Shown: positions 10,531 to 20,980, counted from the first letter of the stretch. The stretch: 64,000 nt of DNA from an uncultured Chloroflexia bacterium (GCA_963847195.1 CAWJZC010000009.1:17812-81811), one strand, 5' to 3'. Numbers and translations: made by a program. Notes: generated by a model not told the origin, from the letters alone.

Positions 10531-11055
10531 GCTCGGCGGTTCCGGCTGATCGGGCTGCGCGTCTTCCGGCGCGCTGGCTTCCGGGCTTGCCGCCGTTTCG
10601 CCGCCCTCACCCGTGACGATGACCGTCACTTCCGGGATGAGCCGACCGACGAGACGAACGGGGACCTTGTGCTCCCCGATGCTGCGGATCGGCTCATCGA
10701 GGGCGATCTTGCGCCGGTCAACCTCCTCGCCCACCACGCGGGAGAGCTGGTCCGCGATCTCCTGCGCCGTGATCGAACCGAAGAGCCGCCCGCTCTCGCC
10801 CACCCGCGCCGTGAAGGTGAGCGTCGTCGCGGCGATCCGGTCGCCGAGCGAGCGCAGTTCCTCTTCCTGCTTGCGGATGCGCTTGTCGGCCGCCGCCTGC
10901 CGCTCCTGCACCTGCTTGATCGTGCCGGGCGTGGCGATCTCCGCCAGCTTCTTCGGCAACAGGTAGTTGCGGGCGAACCCCTCTTTGACCGTCTGCACCG
11001 TCCCCGCCATCCCCAGATGCTCGACATCCTGGGTGAGAATCACTTTCGTCGCCAT
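10522..11055 (-). CDS. rplI: 50S ribosomal protein L9
   Basis: MATKVILTQDVEHLGMAGTVQTVKEGFARNYLLPKKLA... is a typical L9 N-domain. It is followed by the long helix, the C-domain and an acidic tail. The upstream 41 codons of ORF 10522..11178 look non-coding. Confidence 0.95.
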   Translation of the reverse strand: MATKVILTQDVEHLGMAGTVQTVKEGFARNYLLPKKLAEIATPGTIKQVQERQAAADKRIRKQEEELRSLGDRIAATTLTFTARVGESGRLFGSITAQEIADQLSRVVGEEVDRRKIALDEPIRSIGEHKVPVRLVGRLIPEVTVIVTGEGGETAASPEASAPEDAQPDQPEPPSED

Positions 11056-11230
11056 TGCGCGCTTACTCCTCGATGACCGTGTACCACAGCAAAGTAGCGG
11101 CACCAACGCCGCCACAGCGACGGTCAGTATACGTGCCGACGAGCAATCCGCGCAAGGGACTGTGTACGGACAGTACATCTGTGCGAGAACAATGTCAAGA
11201 GGGCTCGTACGTACTTTGCAGAAGCCGGGG

Positions 11231-11284
11231 GCCGGTAGCGAGGAGCCGGGGCGGCATGAGGGCTGCGAACTTCTCGCTACCGGC
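11231..11284. repeat. 12-bp perfect inverted repeat GCCGGTAGCGAG / CTCGCTACCGGC in the rplI-ndh divergent region
   Basis: Read directly. The loop is 30 nt and the arms carry the TAGCGAG motif of the heptamer family. Confidence 0.7.
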
Positions 11285-11376
11285 TACTCGATGCAGGATG
11301 GGACGAGAAGGAGGATGATAGGAACGGAAGATGCGACAACGGCGTTGCGTCAAGAACACCGAGAGGAGGTCACGTC

Positions 11377-12705
11377 ATGGTACGCAATCACGCACCCACC
11401 GCAACGCGAGATGAGGCCCAGGCGATACGCGCCACTGCCGCGCCGCATGTCGTCATTGTCGGGGGCGGCTTCGGCGGTCTGGCGGCGGCGAAGGCGCTGA
11501 GGGACGCGCCGGTGCGCGTGACGCTCGTGGACCGCGTGAACCATCACCTCTTCCAACCGCTCCTCTATCAGGTGGCGACCGCCGCCCTCTCGCCCGCCGA
11601 CATCGCCGCCCCGATCCGCTCGATCCTGCGCAATCAGCGAAACACGACGGTGCTGCTCGGCGAGGTGATCGCTATCGACCTCGCGCACCGCGCCGTCATC
11701 CTCACGCCGAACCCCGAGACGGGCGAGACTGCCGACGATCGTCTCTCCTACGATTATCTGATCCTCGCGCCGGGCACGGTGACGACCTATTTCGGCCATC
11801 ACGAGTGGGAGAAGGACGCGCCCGGCCTGAAAAGCCTGGACGACGCGATCGAGGTGCGCCGCCGCGTCTTCCTCGCCTTCGAGGCGGCGGAGCGCGAGCG
11901 GCGCCCGGAGACGCGGCAACGTCTGCTCACTTTTGTGGTTGTCGGCGGCGGGCCGACGGGTGTGGAACTGGCGGGAGCGCTCGCGGAGATCGCGCACGAG
12001 GCGCTCGAACGGGAATTTCGCGCCATCAATCCGGACGACGCGACGATCTACCTGATCGACGCCGGCTCGCGCATCCTCGCCACCTTCCCCGAGGACCTTG
12101 CCGGCGCGGCGGCAGCCTCCCTCGAACGCCTCGGCGTCCGCCTCCGCCTCCACGCGGCGGTGACGCAGGTAGACCGCGACGCCGTGCATCTCGGCGACGA
12201 GCGCATCGCCGCCGAGACGGTGATCTGGGCGGCGGGTGTCACCGCGTCGCGCCTCGGGGCATCGCTCGGCGTCCCGCTGGAGAAAGGCGGGCGCGTGCCG
12301 GTCGAGCCGGATCTGACGCTCAAGGACCACCGAGAAGTGTACGTGATCGGCGACCTCGCCGCATTGAATGACCGTTCCGGTCAACCGCTGCCCGGCCTCG
12401 CGCCCGTCGCGACGCAGGAGGGCGAGACGGCGGCGAAGAATATCACCCGCACCCTGCGCGGCACGCCGACGATACCGTTCCACTATCGCGACCGGGGGAA
12501 CATCGCCACCATCGGCCGGAATCGCGCCGTCGCGGTCGTCTACGGGATCAAGACACGCGGCTTCATCGCCTGGGCGATATGGGTCTTCATCCACATTCTG
12601 ACCCTGATCGGCTACCGCAACCGCTTCGCTGTGATGGTGCAATGGACGTACGCCTACTTCACCCACCGCCGCCCCGCCCGCTTGATTCGGGCGGAAAAAC
12701 GCTAA
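11377..12705 (+). CDS. ndh: type II NADH:quinone oxidoreductase (NDH-2)
   Basis: 442-aa intact ORF with two dinucleotide-binding motifs (VVIVGGGFGGLAAAKAL; VVVGGGPTGVELAGAL), VYVIGDLAAL, and a C-terminal hydrophobic segment (FIAWAIWVFIHILTLIGY). Confidence 0.9.
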   Translation: MVRNHAPTATRDEAQAIRATAAPHVVIVGGGFGGLAAAKALRDAPVRVTLVDRVNHHLFQPLLYQVATAALSPADIAAPIRSILRNQRNTTVLLGEVIAIDLAHRAVILTPNPETGETADDRLSYDYLILAPGTVTTYFGHHEWEKDAPGLKSLDDAIEVRRRVFLAFEAAERERRPETRQRLLTFVVVGGGPTGVELAGALAEIAHEALEREFRAINPDDATIYLIDAGSRILATFPEDLAGAAAASLERLGVRLRLHAAVTQVDRDAVHLGDERIAAETVIWAAGVTASRLGASLGVPLEKGGRVPVEPDLTLKDHREVYVIGDLAALNDRSGQPLPGLAPVATQEGETAAKNITRTLRGTPTIPFHYRDRGNIATIGRNRAVAVVYGIKTRGFIAWAIWVFIHILTLIGYRNRFAVMVQWTYAYFTHRRPARLIRAEKR

Positions 12706-12799
12706 CCATAGAGACACGGAGAACACAGAGAAGAGACTAGGAGCCGACTATTTTTCTTCTCGCTTCCGTATTTCTTTGCGTTCTCTGTGTCTCTGTGGT
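12706..12799. repeat. long imperfect hairpin with purine-rich (CACAGAG/GGAGAAC) and pyrimidine-rich arms between convergent ndh and parB; possible bidirectional terminator
   Basis: CCATAGAGACACGGAGAACACAGAGAAGAG ... CTTCTCGC...GCGTTCTCTGTGTCTCTGTGG. Same design as 23578, 42086 and 53152. Confidence 0.7.
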
Positions 12800-12813
12800 T
12801 CAGTAGTATCACC

Positions 12814-13665
12814 TTACCGTGTCAGGCGACCGACGATGGCGTTGAGGCTGTCATCGTCGGAGACGTGTAGGGTGAGTTGGTAGCCGCGACGCATTTTCTT
12901 CACCTGCACGCGGGAGATCTGCGCGCCGAGAGAGGCGCCGATGCGGCCCTGCACCGCCTCGATCTCCGGCGGCGCGGGCGCGGGCTCCGGCGACCGCTCA
13001 TCCCACGTGCGGACGAGCGCCTCGGTCTGGCGCACATTGAGGCCGCGTTCCGTGACCGATTCGAGCGCGGCGACCTGCTCGGTGTGATCGGTGATGCCGA
13101 GCAGGGCGCGGGCGTGCCCCTCGGAGACCCTGCCCGCCGCGAGCGCTTCCTGCACGGCGGTCGCGGCGCCGAGCAGGCGGATGCCGTTCGCGACCGTCGT
13201 GCGGTTCTTGCCGACGCGCTGCGCGACCTGCTCCTGCGTCATGCCGAACTCGCCGACGAGCGTGCGGTAGGCGTAGGCCTCTTCGAGAGGGTTGAGGTCG
13301 GCGCGCTGGATATTCTCGACCAGCGCCAGTTCGAGCATCTGCTGCGGGGTGGCGTCCTTGACGACGACGGGCACCTGCCGCAATCCGGCGCGGCGGGCCG
13401 CCTGCCAGCGCCGCTCCCCGGCGATGATCCGGTACGGCGTGGTATCCGTCGCGTCGGCGCGGGCGACGAGCAGGGGCTGGATGATGCCGTGGGCGGCAAT
13501 CGAATCGGCGAGGGCGGCGATCTCGTCTTCGACAAAGATCGTGCGGGGCTGGTAGGGGTTCGGCGCAATGGCGTCGATATCGACCTCGATGCCGCCGCCA
13601 CCGAGCGCGCCTTCCGGCATCAGCGCCCCGAGGCCGCGGCCCAGTCCCCCCCGTTTTGCGCCCAT
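12814..13665 (-). CDS. parB: ParB/Spo0J-family partition protein (no parA adjacent)
   Basis: MGAKRGGLGRGLGALMP N-terminus, ParB box (IIAGERRWQAARRAGL), HTH (MTQEQVAQRVGKNRTTVANGIRLL). Start taken at 13665 within ORF 12814..13743. Confidence 0.9.
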   Translation of the reverse strand: MGAKRGGLGRGLGALMPEGALGGGGIEVDIDAIAPNPYQPRTIFVEDEIAALADSIAAHGIIQPLLVARADATDTTPYRIIAGERRWQAARRAGLRQVPVVVKDATPQQMLELALVENIQRADLNPLEEAYAYRTLVGEFGMTQEQVAQRVGKNRTTVANGIRLLGAATAVQEALAAGRVSEGHARALLGITDHTEQVAALESVTERGLNVRQTEALVRTWDERSPEPAPAPPEIEAVQGRIGASLGAQISRVQVKKMRRGYQLTLHVSDDDSLNAIVGRLTR

Positions 13666-13844
13666 CCCTCGCCCCCTCCGCCTGCATGTCCGTTCACCTG
13701 ATCCCCGCGCGGCAAGTGTACCCGTATCCCGGCCACGGAGCAAACCGATGAACGGCCAATCGGCATCCCGTCAGTCCTCAGCTCTCCCCGTGATACACTT
13801 GCCTTCCTTCGGAAGAGGGGCAGGGAAGGTCAGGGGGAGGCAGC

Positions 13845-16062
13845 GTGGGCCTGCGGGCGAAGGGAGCGGAGCCGGGCGAGCGGGCAGCCCTTCCGCCATC
13901 ACAGCAGCGGATGACAGCCGGAGCAGCCGGCGGTCGGATCGCCGCGCTTGGCTGGTGGTGGCATGTCGCGGCGGTCGCGCTGATCGCGGCGGTGGTCATC
14001 GGCGCGGCCTACCAGACGCACCCCTCCTACGACATCGCCATCGGACAGCGCGTGCAGGACGATCCGCTCGTCTCCGGCTTCAACGGGGCGGAACTGCAAC
14101 CGGCGACGGCGGGCGGGCGCGCGTACCGCTGGACGGGCGCGGAGAGCACGATCACCTTCCCCGGCATCGGCAGGACGGCGGCCAACGTTCTCCTGACGAT
14201 GGCAGGCGGCGCCGAACCCGAACCCGGATGTCACGATTCTCGCCAACCACGGCCAGGTCGCCCGCCTCCACCTCGCGCCGGACTTCGCGGACTATCCCAT
14301 AACGGTGCCCGCGTCGTACCTGACGACCGGCACCCTCGCGCTGACCATCCAGGCGATGCCGTTCCACGCACCGGGTGACCGCCGCGACCTCGGCGTGCTC
14401 ACCAGCCGCGCCCAGGTGCGGGTCGCCGGCGGCCTCGCCTTGCCCCCCGCGCGGACGGCGCTCGCACTCTGGGGCGCGATCATCCTACTGATGGTCGCGC
14501 TGCTCGTGGCCGGGCTGCGTGGGTGGGAGGCGGCAACGGCGGCGCTTCTCCTCATCGTCGGCTGCGCGCTCCTGCTCGCCCGCGACCGGCTCTTCATCGC
14601 GCTCGGCGCGGGGCCGTGGCTGCGCGTCGCCGCCGCGACGCTCCTGCTCGCCTTGATCCTTCGCCTCGCCATGCCGCCCATCATGCGCAGGCTCACCATC
14701 GCGGGCGGCATTTTGGAGGCGCGCTGGATGCTCGCGGCGGTTGTCGGCCTCTTCGCGGTGCGCCTCTGCGGCCTGTATCACCCGGCAATGATCGTCAGCG
14801 ACCTTCTCTTCCACGTCCATCGCTTCGAGGACGTGATCGTGCGGCACATCTGGTATCAGGAGATCGCCGCGCTCTACGACAAGAACCGTCCCGTCCCCTA
14901 TCCGCCCGGCGCGTATTTGCTCTTCGCCCCCTTCGCGCCGTTCGTGCGCAATCGCGCCGATCTGCTCACCATCGGCACGCAACTGCTCGACGCCTCGCGC
15001 ATCCTCGTCATCGGTCTCGTCGTCTGGAAGGCAACGCGGGACCGGATCGCGGCGGCCTGCGCGACGCTGATCGCGGGCGTCGTCCCGATCGCGTTCATGC
15101 TCTTCTCGTGGGGTAATCTGACGAACGCGGTCGGTGAGTGGGCATTGACGCTTCTCTTCGCGCTCCTCGCACTCGGGTCGGAGCGACTGCGGCGGCCCTG
15201 GCTTGCCGTCGCCTTCGTCGCCCTCGTGCTGCTCGCCCTTCTCTCGCACATCGGCGTCGCCGTCACGACCGTTGCACTTCTGCTCGCGGCCTTCGCGCTC
15301 CGGCTGTGCCTCTTGCTCGGGCAGCGGCGCGCGCCGTGGCGCGACCGTGACTTCCTGACGGCGCTCAGCCTCGCCAGCATCGCGGGCCTGCTCGCCTTCG
15401 CGCTCTTCTACCGCATCCCGCTGACCGGATCGCGCAAGGTCTCCGCCACCAATGATCCCGCGCTCGCCACCGCTCCCGTCGCACAGAGCGGCGGCCGGTA
15501 TGAGATCGGCGGGCCGCGCCCCGACCCGTCCATCGGCCTGATCGATCGCCGCACAAACAATCCCGCAGCGGCGGTCGTTGGGCAATTCGCCGTTGAGGGC
15601 TTTGCCTTTTACCGCGTCTGGCCGCTCCTCCTCGCGCCGCTCGGCTTCTGGCTGCTGTGGCGGGGACACCCATCCCCTAGCCCCTTCCCGACACGGGAAG
15701 GGGAACCGGAGGGCGGTTCATCCTGCCCCGAGGGCATCCGCGCCCCTCCGAAACGCGCCGCTCCGTCTCCGCCTTCCCTCCGAAGGAAAGGGGTAGGGGG
15801 GTTAGGCAAACAACTTTGCCTCATGTGCCTCGTTTGGTTCGGTGTTTCACTGGCTTTTCTCGTCATCGGTGTGCTGGCGGGGCGGTATGTGCGGTACGCC
15901 GTGACGGCGATCCCTGCCGTGGCGGTGGGCGCGGGCGTCGCGCTCGGATACGGCTGGCAATGGCGATGGGGGAGGGTGATCGCGTTAATGCTGCTCGCGT
16001 TCAGCACCGGGGCCACGCTGCTCATCTGGTATGGGCGGATCACGCGGGCGTACCATCCATGA
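13845..16062 (+). CDS. large polytopic membrane protein with N-terminal extracytoplasmic module (paralogue of 18852..20958); putative GT-C-like; one frame break
   Basis: ORF 13845..14378 (TM helix WWWHVAAVALIAAVVIGAAYQ, then ...GRAYRWTGAESTITFPGIGR...LLTMAGG) continues after a 1-nt shift near 14218 as PNPNPDVTILANHGQVARLHLAPDFADYPITVPASYL... into ORF 14305..16062, which has more than 10 hydrophobic helices. It aligns along its whole length with 18852..20958. An alternative ATG is at 13911. Confidence 0.75.
15681..15803. repeat. two GC-rich palindromes (CCCCTTCCCG-ACA-CGGGAAGGGG and CCTTCCCTCCGAAGGAAAGGGG + GGGGGGTTAGG tail) inside the coding sequence of 13845..16062
   Basis: Read directly. 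In frame they encode ...PSPSPFPTREGEPEGG...SPPSLRRKGVGGLGK, a segment absent from the paralogue. Confidence 0.8.
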
Positions 16063-17174
16063 GCGGGACGATGGAGCGGGAGGCCCTAACCCCCCGGCCC
16101 CCTTCCGGGCGCGGGCGCCCTTTGGGCAGTATGGGGAAGGCGGAGGCCGGACCTCGGACTGCGGTCGTGCTGCTTGGTATTGTCGTGCTCTCGGTGATCG
16201 GGCTCGTGGCGGCGATGCAGCGATCGTACGTCATCGCCATTCCGCCCGCGAGCGCGACCTTCGACCATGCGTCGGTCAACTGGAATGACGGCGAGCGGGC
16301 GAAGGACGGCACGGCCTTCCGGTGGACGAAGGACGAATCGACGCTCAATTTCCGGGCGGCGCGGCGCGTCCTGCCTGCGAATACGCGATTGATGCTGACG
16401 ATGCGCTTCTCCGGGCGGCCACCGGGCGCGCCAGTGACGACCGTCACCCTGCTGGCGAACGGTCGCGTCCTCGATTCCTGGCCGTCGAATGTCGAGCATC
16501 CGGTCGCGGTCGATGTCGCCTCGCTCTTGCGACAGCACGACGAACTGCACCTCACCGTCCGGGTGGATGATACGTACTCGCCGCCGCGCGACCGGCGGGA
16601 CCTCGGCATCGCACTCGTCGGGGACGCACAGTTGACGTCGTCGCCGGGCACGAAATTGCCCGCCCCCGATGCCGTCGCGAGCGTGATCCTGCTCGTGTTG
16701 CTGGCCGCGCTGGCGATGGGGCGGCGGGCCGCGTATCGCTGGCGGCTGGTCGCGGCGGGCGCGATGGGGTGCGTGGTGATATTCGGCGTGCTGATGGCGC
16801 GCGTCCCTTTCTGGCGGATCGCCATGCCGCTCGAATTGCTGTTGGGCCTGTTCGTCGTCGCGCTCTGGGCGCGCGAGTGGTGGGCAGCGCTGACGTGGCC
16901 GCTCCGGGTAGCGCAGGCACGCACGGGCGCCGATGATCGCATACTGGTGATTGCCGGAGCGGTCGTCGCGGTGGCCGGGCAGGCCATCGTCGCGCAGCAT
17001 CGGTGGACGTTCATTGGGACGGTGGTATTCGTCGTCGGATTGGTGACGCTGCTGGCGGGGTTTCTCCCTACCCCCACGGCCCCCTCCCCCGGTGAGGAAG
17101 GGGGGAGATGCGGGAGCGGCAGAGGCGCACAGCCGCGCCCCCTCCGCCACCGACCTTGCGCTGATGCTGCATGA
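16059..17174 (+). CDS. membrane protein carrying the same N-terminal extracytoplasmic module followed by about 5-6 TM helices
   Basis: Start ATG 16059 overlaps the upstream stop (ATGA). After TM helix AVVLLGIVVLSVIGLVAA comes ...GTAFRWTKDESTLNF...LLANGRV...YSPPRDRRDLGIALVGD, alignable with the N-termini of 13845.. and 18852... Hydrophobic helices follow. The tail contains a GC-rich palindrome (about 17071..17107). Confidence 0.7.
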   Translation: MSGTMEREALTPRPPSGRGRPLGSMGKAEAGPRTAVVLLGIVVLSVIGLVAAMQRSYVIAIPPASATFDHASVNWNDGERAKDGTAFRWTKDESTLNFRAARRVLPANTRLMLTMRFSGRPPGAPVTTVTLLANGRVLDSWPSNVEHPVAVDVASLLRQHDELHLTVRVDDTYSPPRDRRDLGIALVGDAQLTSSPGTKLPAPDAVASVILLVLLAALAMGRRAAYRWRLVAAGAMGCVVIFGVLMARVPFWRIAMPLELLLGLFVVALWAREWWAALTWPLRVAQARTGADDRILVIAGAVVAVAGQAIVAQHRWTFIGTVVFVVGLVTLLAGFLPTPTAPSPGEEGGRCGSGRGAQPRPLRHRPCADAA

Positions 17175-18715
17175 GGTGCGGCTGGCGCGATGGCAGATCG
17201 CCGTGCTGCTGGGGATCGCGGCGCTGGCGGTGGCGTTGCGCCTGACGCTGCTGACGGAGATGCCCGCCAGCCTCTTCCGGGATGAAGCGCGACACGCATT
17301 GAAGGCGGCGCGCATCCTCGACGACGCCTCCTACCGGCCGGTCTACGAGCCGGAAATCTCTCTCCCCGCGCTCTTCCTCTATCCGCTGGCGCTCGCGTTC
17401 AAGCTCTTCGGCGTCTCGATGCTGACATTGCGGCTCTTCATGGCGTCCGTGGGCGTTGTCGACGTGCTGCTCCTCTTCTTCCTCGCGCGGCGGCTGTTCG
17501 GCACGCGCGTCGGCCTGATCGCCGCCTATCTCTTCGCCGTGGCATTCTGGGCGCTACGGATGCAGCGGGTCGCCCTCGCGCCGTGCTTCTCGACCGGATT
17601 GGTGCTCCTCGGCCTGCTACTCTTCGTGCGGGCGGTCCAGTTGCGCCGCTGGTGGGATTGGGCGCTGGCGGGTGTGGGCGCGGCGGGGACGGTCTACTGC
17701 TACCATTCCGGTCCCTTCGCGCTCGTCCTGATGGCGCTCGTCGCGCTCGTCTTCCTCGTGCGCGGGCCACGCCACTTCGCGCGATTCTGGTTGCCCCGCT
17801 TCGCGGTGCTCGCGGTCGTCTTCCTCATCCTTGCCGCGCCGCTCCTGCGCTATATCGCGCTCAATTTCGATCAATATCTCTTCCGACCGCGCCAGACGGC
17901 GATCTTCTCGGAGGAGAATCTGCGCCGCCTCGGGCAGGACCGGCTTGCTGCGCTGCAAGACAATATCCGCCCGAACCTCGGCATGTATACCGTGCGCGGC
18001 GACCGCGAGGCGAAGGCCAATCTCCCCTTCGCCCCCAATCTCGACGCGATTATCGCCGTCCTCTTCCTTACCGGCCTCGCCCTCCTCCTGGCGCGCCGAC
18101 GGTACGGGCCTCCGTCGCCCGCGCGCCGGTTCGGGGAGTGGCTGGCGCTGGGCTATCTCGCCGTCATGCTCATCCCCAGTATGCTCGCCATCGATGCGCC
18201 GAGCACCCTCCGCGCCTTCGACACGCTGCCACCCGCCCTTTTGATCGCCGCACTCGCCGCCGACGCGATCTGGATACGGCTGAAAGCCCCCACCCCCACC
18301 TGCCCAGAGGGCACCCGCTCCCCCGCCGTGCGGGAGATGGGCGCAGCCCTCGCCCCACTCGCACTCGCCGCCGTCCTCGCGCTCAATGCGGGCACCTATT
18401 TCGGGCTGATGCGGCACGAACCCGGTCGAGACATTCCGGTTCGATACCTACTTCGCGACTCAGGCGGGCAAACGGATGGCGGCGGAGAGCGCCGCGCGCC
18501 CCGGCATGACCTTCCTCGTCCCGCAGGCGGCGATCGACCGCGATGTCTTCCCCTTCTTCGCGCGCGTCATCGTCCAGACGGGGGCGCTCCTGCCGCTCGA
18601 GGGGCAGAGCCCGGCGACGCTGCCCGCGCGGTACGCGATTCTGCTCCCGAACGGCAAATTCGACCCGCCGCCCGATGACGCTCATTGCCGCGCTGCCCTG
18701 GGCGAAGGGGCTTGA
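17164..18715 (+). CDS. GT-C fold glycosyltransferase, family 39 / ArnT-PMT-like; one frame break near the C-terminus
   Basis: Start ATG 17164 overlaps the previous stop (17174). First-loop acidic motif ...EMPASLFRDEARHALKAARIL..., then more than 10 hydrophobic helices (ORF 17092..18678). The soluble C-terminal part continues in the frame of ORF 18476..18715 (VETFRFDTYFATQAGKRMAAESAARPGMTFLVPQAAIDRDVF...) after a shift near 18422. Confidence 0.6.
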
Positions 18716-18851
18716 ACGCATCCCCGGCAATAGCCCGGCGGGCGCGGGCGGTGTGCCCGCCTTCATCGAGTATCGGACACCGCAGCAATGAGCAACGAGC
18801 AATGAGCGATGAGGCGGCGGAATCGAGGTTCAGACCCGCGATCGACCTGTT

Positions 18852-20958
18852 TTGAACTCCGAACTCCGAACCGTGCTCTGGCTGCTCGCCGCCGCGCTGA
18901 TCGCCGCTGTCTTGCTCTCGGCGGCATATCAGGCGCGGCCCACGTATCGGATCGCGGTCGGCGACGCGGCGCAGGACACGCGCGCTCGTGCGAGGCTTCT
19001 ATGGGCCGGAACGACAAGCGGCGGCGGATGGCGGCGTGCGCTATCGCTGGGCGCGCGGGAACGCGCGGATCGTCTTCCCCGGCATCGGGCGGGGCGCGCT
19101 GCACCTCGAACTCGTCATGTCCAGCGCGCTCAACCCGTCGCGCACCGTCCGCGTGCTGGCGAACGGCGGCGAGGTCGGGCAGGTGGAGTTGACACCCGCC
19201 TTCGCGCCGTACCCGATCGATGTGCCCGCCTCCTTCATGCGGAGCGGTTCGCTGGTCGTCACGCTCGACGCGCAACCGTACACGCCGCCGGGCGAGCAGC
19301 GGGCGCTCGGTGTCGCGGTCGCGGCGATCACCGTCCGGCCCATGGGGCACGGCCTCGCGCTGCCACCCGTGCGGATCATGCTTTCGCTCTGGGTCGGCGC
19401 GCTCTGCGTCGCGCTCGCGCTCTGGATCGCGGGGTTGGGCGGCCTCGGCGCCTGCACCGGCGCAACCATGGTCGCGGTCGCGATGGCCTGCTTCCTGATC
19501 GGCAACCGCCTCTTTCTCACGACGGACGCGGGCGGCGTTGTCCGCGCCGGGGCGCTGATGATCGTCGCGACAGCGGCGATTCGTTTCGGCTTCGCGCCCC
19601 TCTGCCGCCGCCTCGGGCTGGCGATGACGGCGCGGGATGTTCGCTGGCTCGCCGTGATTGCCGGGGCGACGCTCGCCCTCCGCTTCGCGGGCGTGCTGCA
19701 TCCGAGCATCGTCATCGTCGATCTCAAATTCCATCTGCACCGCCTCGCGGACGTGGCGGACAGACACACGCTGCTCCTGCCGATCCAATCGGCGGAATTC
19801 GGCGGGCGCACGGTGCTCTACGCGCCGACGCCCTATCTCTTCATGCTGCCCTTCTCCTGGCTGATCCGCGACCGGACGCTGCTGCTCTTCCTCTTCTCGC
19901 TCGGCGTCGACCTCGCCCGCTTCTGCGTCCTCTGGCTGGTGGCGCGGCGTGCGACGCGGGACATCCTGACGGCGAACCTCGTCGCCCTGACGATGGCGCT
20001 GATGCCCGTCGGTTGGATCGTCTATTCGTGGGGAACGTTCGCCAACATCTTCGCGGAGGGGATGCTGACGCTCCTCTTCGCCCTGCTGGCCCTCGCCTAT
20101 GGGCGGCTCGGCGGGCCACACGGCTGGCGGTGGTGCGCCATCTTCGCCGCCGCGATCAGTCTGACCCTGCTCGCGCATATCGGCGTCTTCGTGTTGACGT
20201 CGTTGACGGTTACCCTCTACCTGCTGGGTCGGGTAGCGCTGCTCGCCGTCTCGCGTCGGCAGCCATCCACCGGGTTGCACCACGAACGGCGCGCTGCATC
20301 GCTCTTCGCACTGGCCGGGTTGATCGCTGCGCTGGTCGCCTTCGCGCTCTTCTATCGCTTCCCCGCGCACGACCTCATCGCGGGCCAGCAGGCGACCGCC
20401 GTCGATCAGGAAACGACGAACACCCAGCCAACAGCGCAAACCCAGCAGTACCGCACCGGCGGCGCGACCCCGGACGACCGTATCGGCCTGCCCGCCATCT
20501 CGACATCGCACCTCAGCGTCGCGCTCGCGCGGGAGGCGTGGGAGCAATCCTTCGCCTTCTACCGCGTCTGGCCGGTGATCGCCGCCATCGCCGGGGCGGT
20601 GGTGCTCTGGGGCGGCATGAGGGCCGAGGACTCAGGGCTGAAGAGTGAGGGGGAAGCGTCAGACTCAGTTCTCATGCCGCCCAGAGGGCGCCTGCAGTCC
20701 TCGGCCCTTACCCTCGCGGTATGGATGGTGGTTGCGGCGACGATGCTCGTAGTGGGGATCGTGGCGCGGCTCTATGTGCGCTATCCGCTTTTCGCGCTGC
20801 CGGCCGTCGCGCTCGGGAGCGGTGTCGCACTCGCCCGGCTCATGCGGCGGGCGTGGTGGGGGCGTTATGCCGCCGCGGTACTCCTCGCCTTCTCCGCCAT
20901 CACGACGCTGCTGATGTGGTACGACCGCATCGTCTACGCCTTCAAACCGCTGGTGTAA
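18852..20958 (+). CDS. large polytopic membrane protein, paralogue of 13845..16062; one frame break
   Basis: ORF 18852.. gives MNSELRTVLWLLAAALIAAVLLSAAYQARPTYRIAVGDAAQDT. After a shift near 18982, ORF 18988..20958 continues LVRGFYGPERQAAADGGVRYRWARGNARIVFPGIGR...YTPPGEQRALGVAV and the multi-TM body. A conserved loop motif is VDLKFHLHRL (paralogue: SDLLFHVHRF). Confidence 0.75.
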
Positions 20959-20980
20959 CGTGTCATGCGTATGTCCGGCT

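Noticed and set aside
13666-13844. Possible parS or origin-related sites next to parB
   Set aside because: I could not find a TGTTTCACGTGAAACA-like palindrome or DnaA-box clusters by eye in this gap.
18763-20547. 594-aa minus-strand ORF, plus similar long antisense ORFs (11350..12726, 1336..3105, 14485..15669, 16040..17299, 36296..38311, 43663..44439)
   Set aside because: Each is antisense to a gene with clear family motifs. All are Arg/Pro/Gly/Asp-rich without hydrophobic cores or motifs, so they are GC-driven open frames rather than genes.
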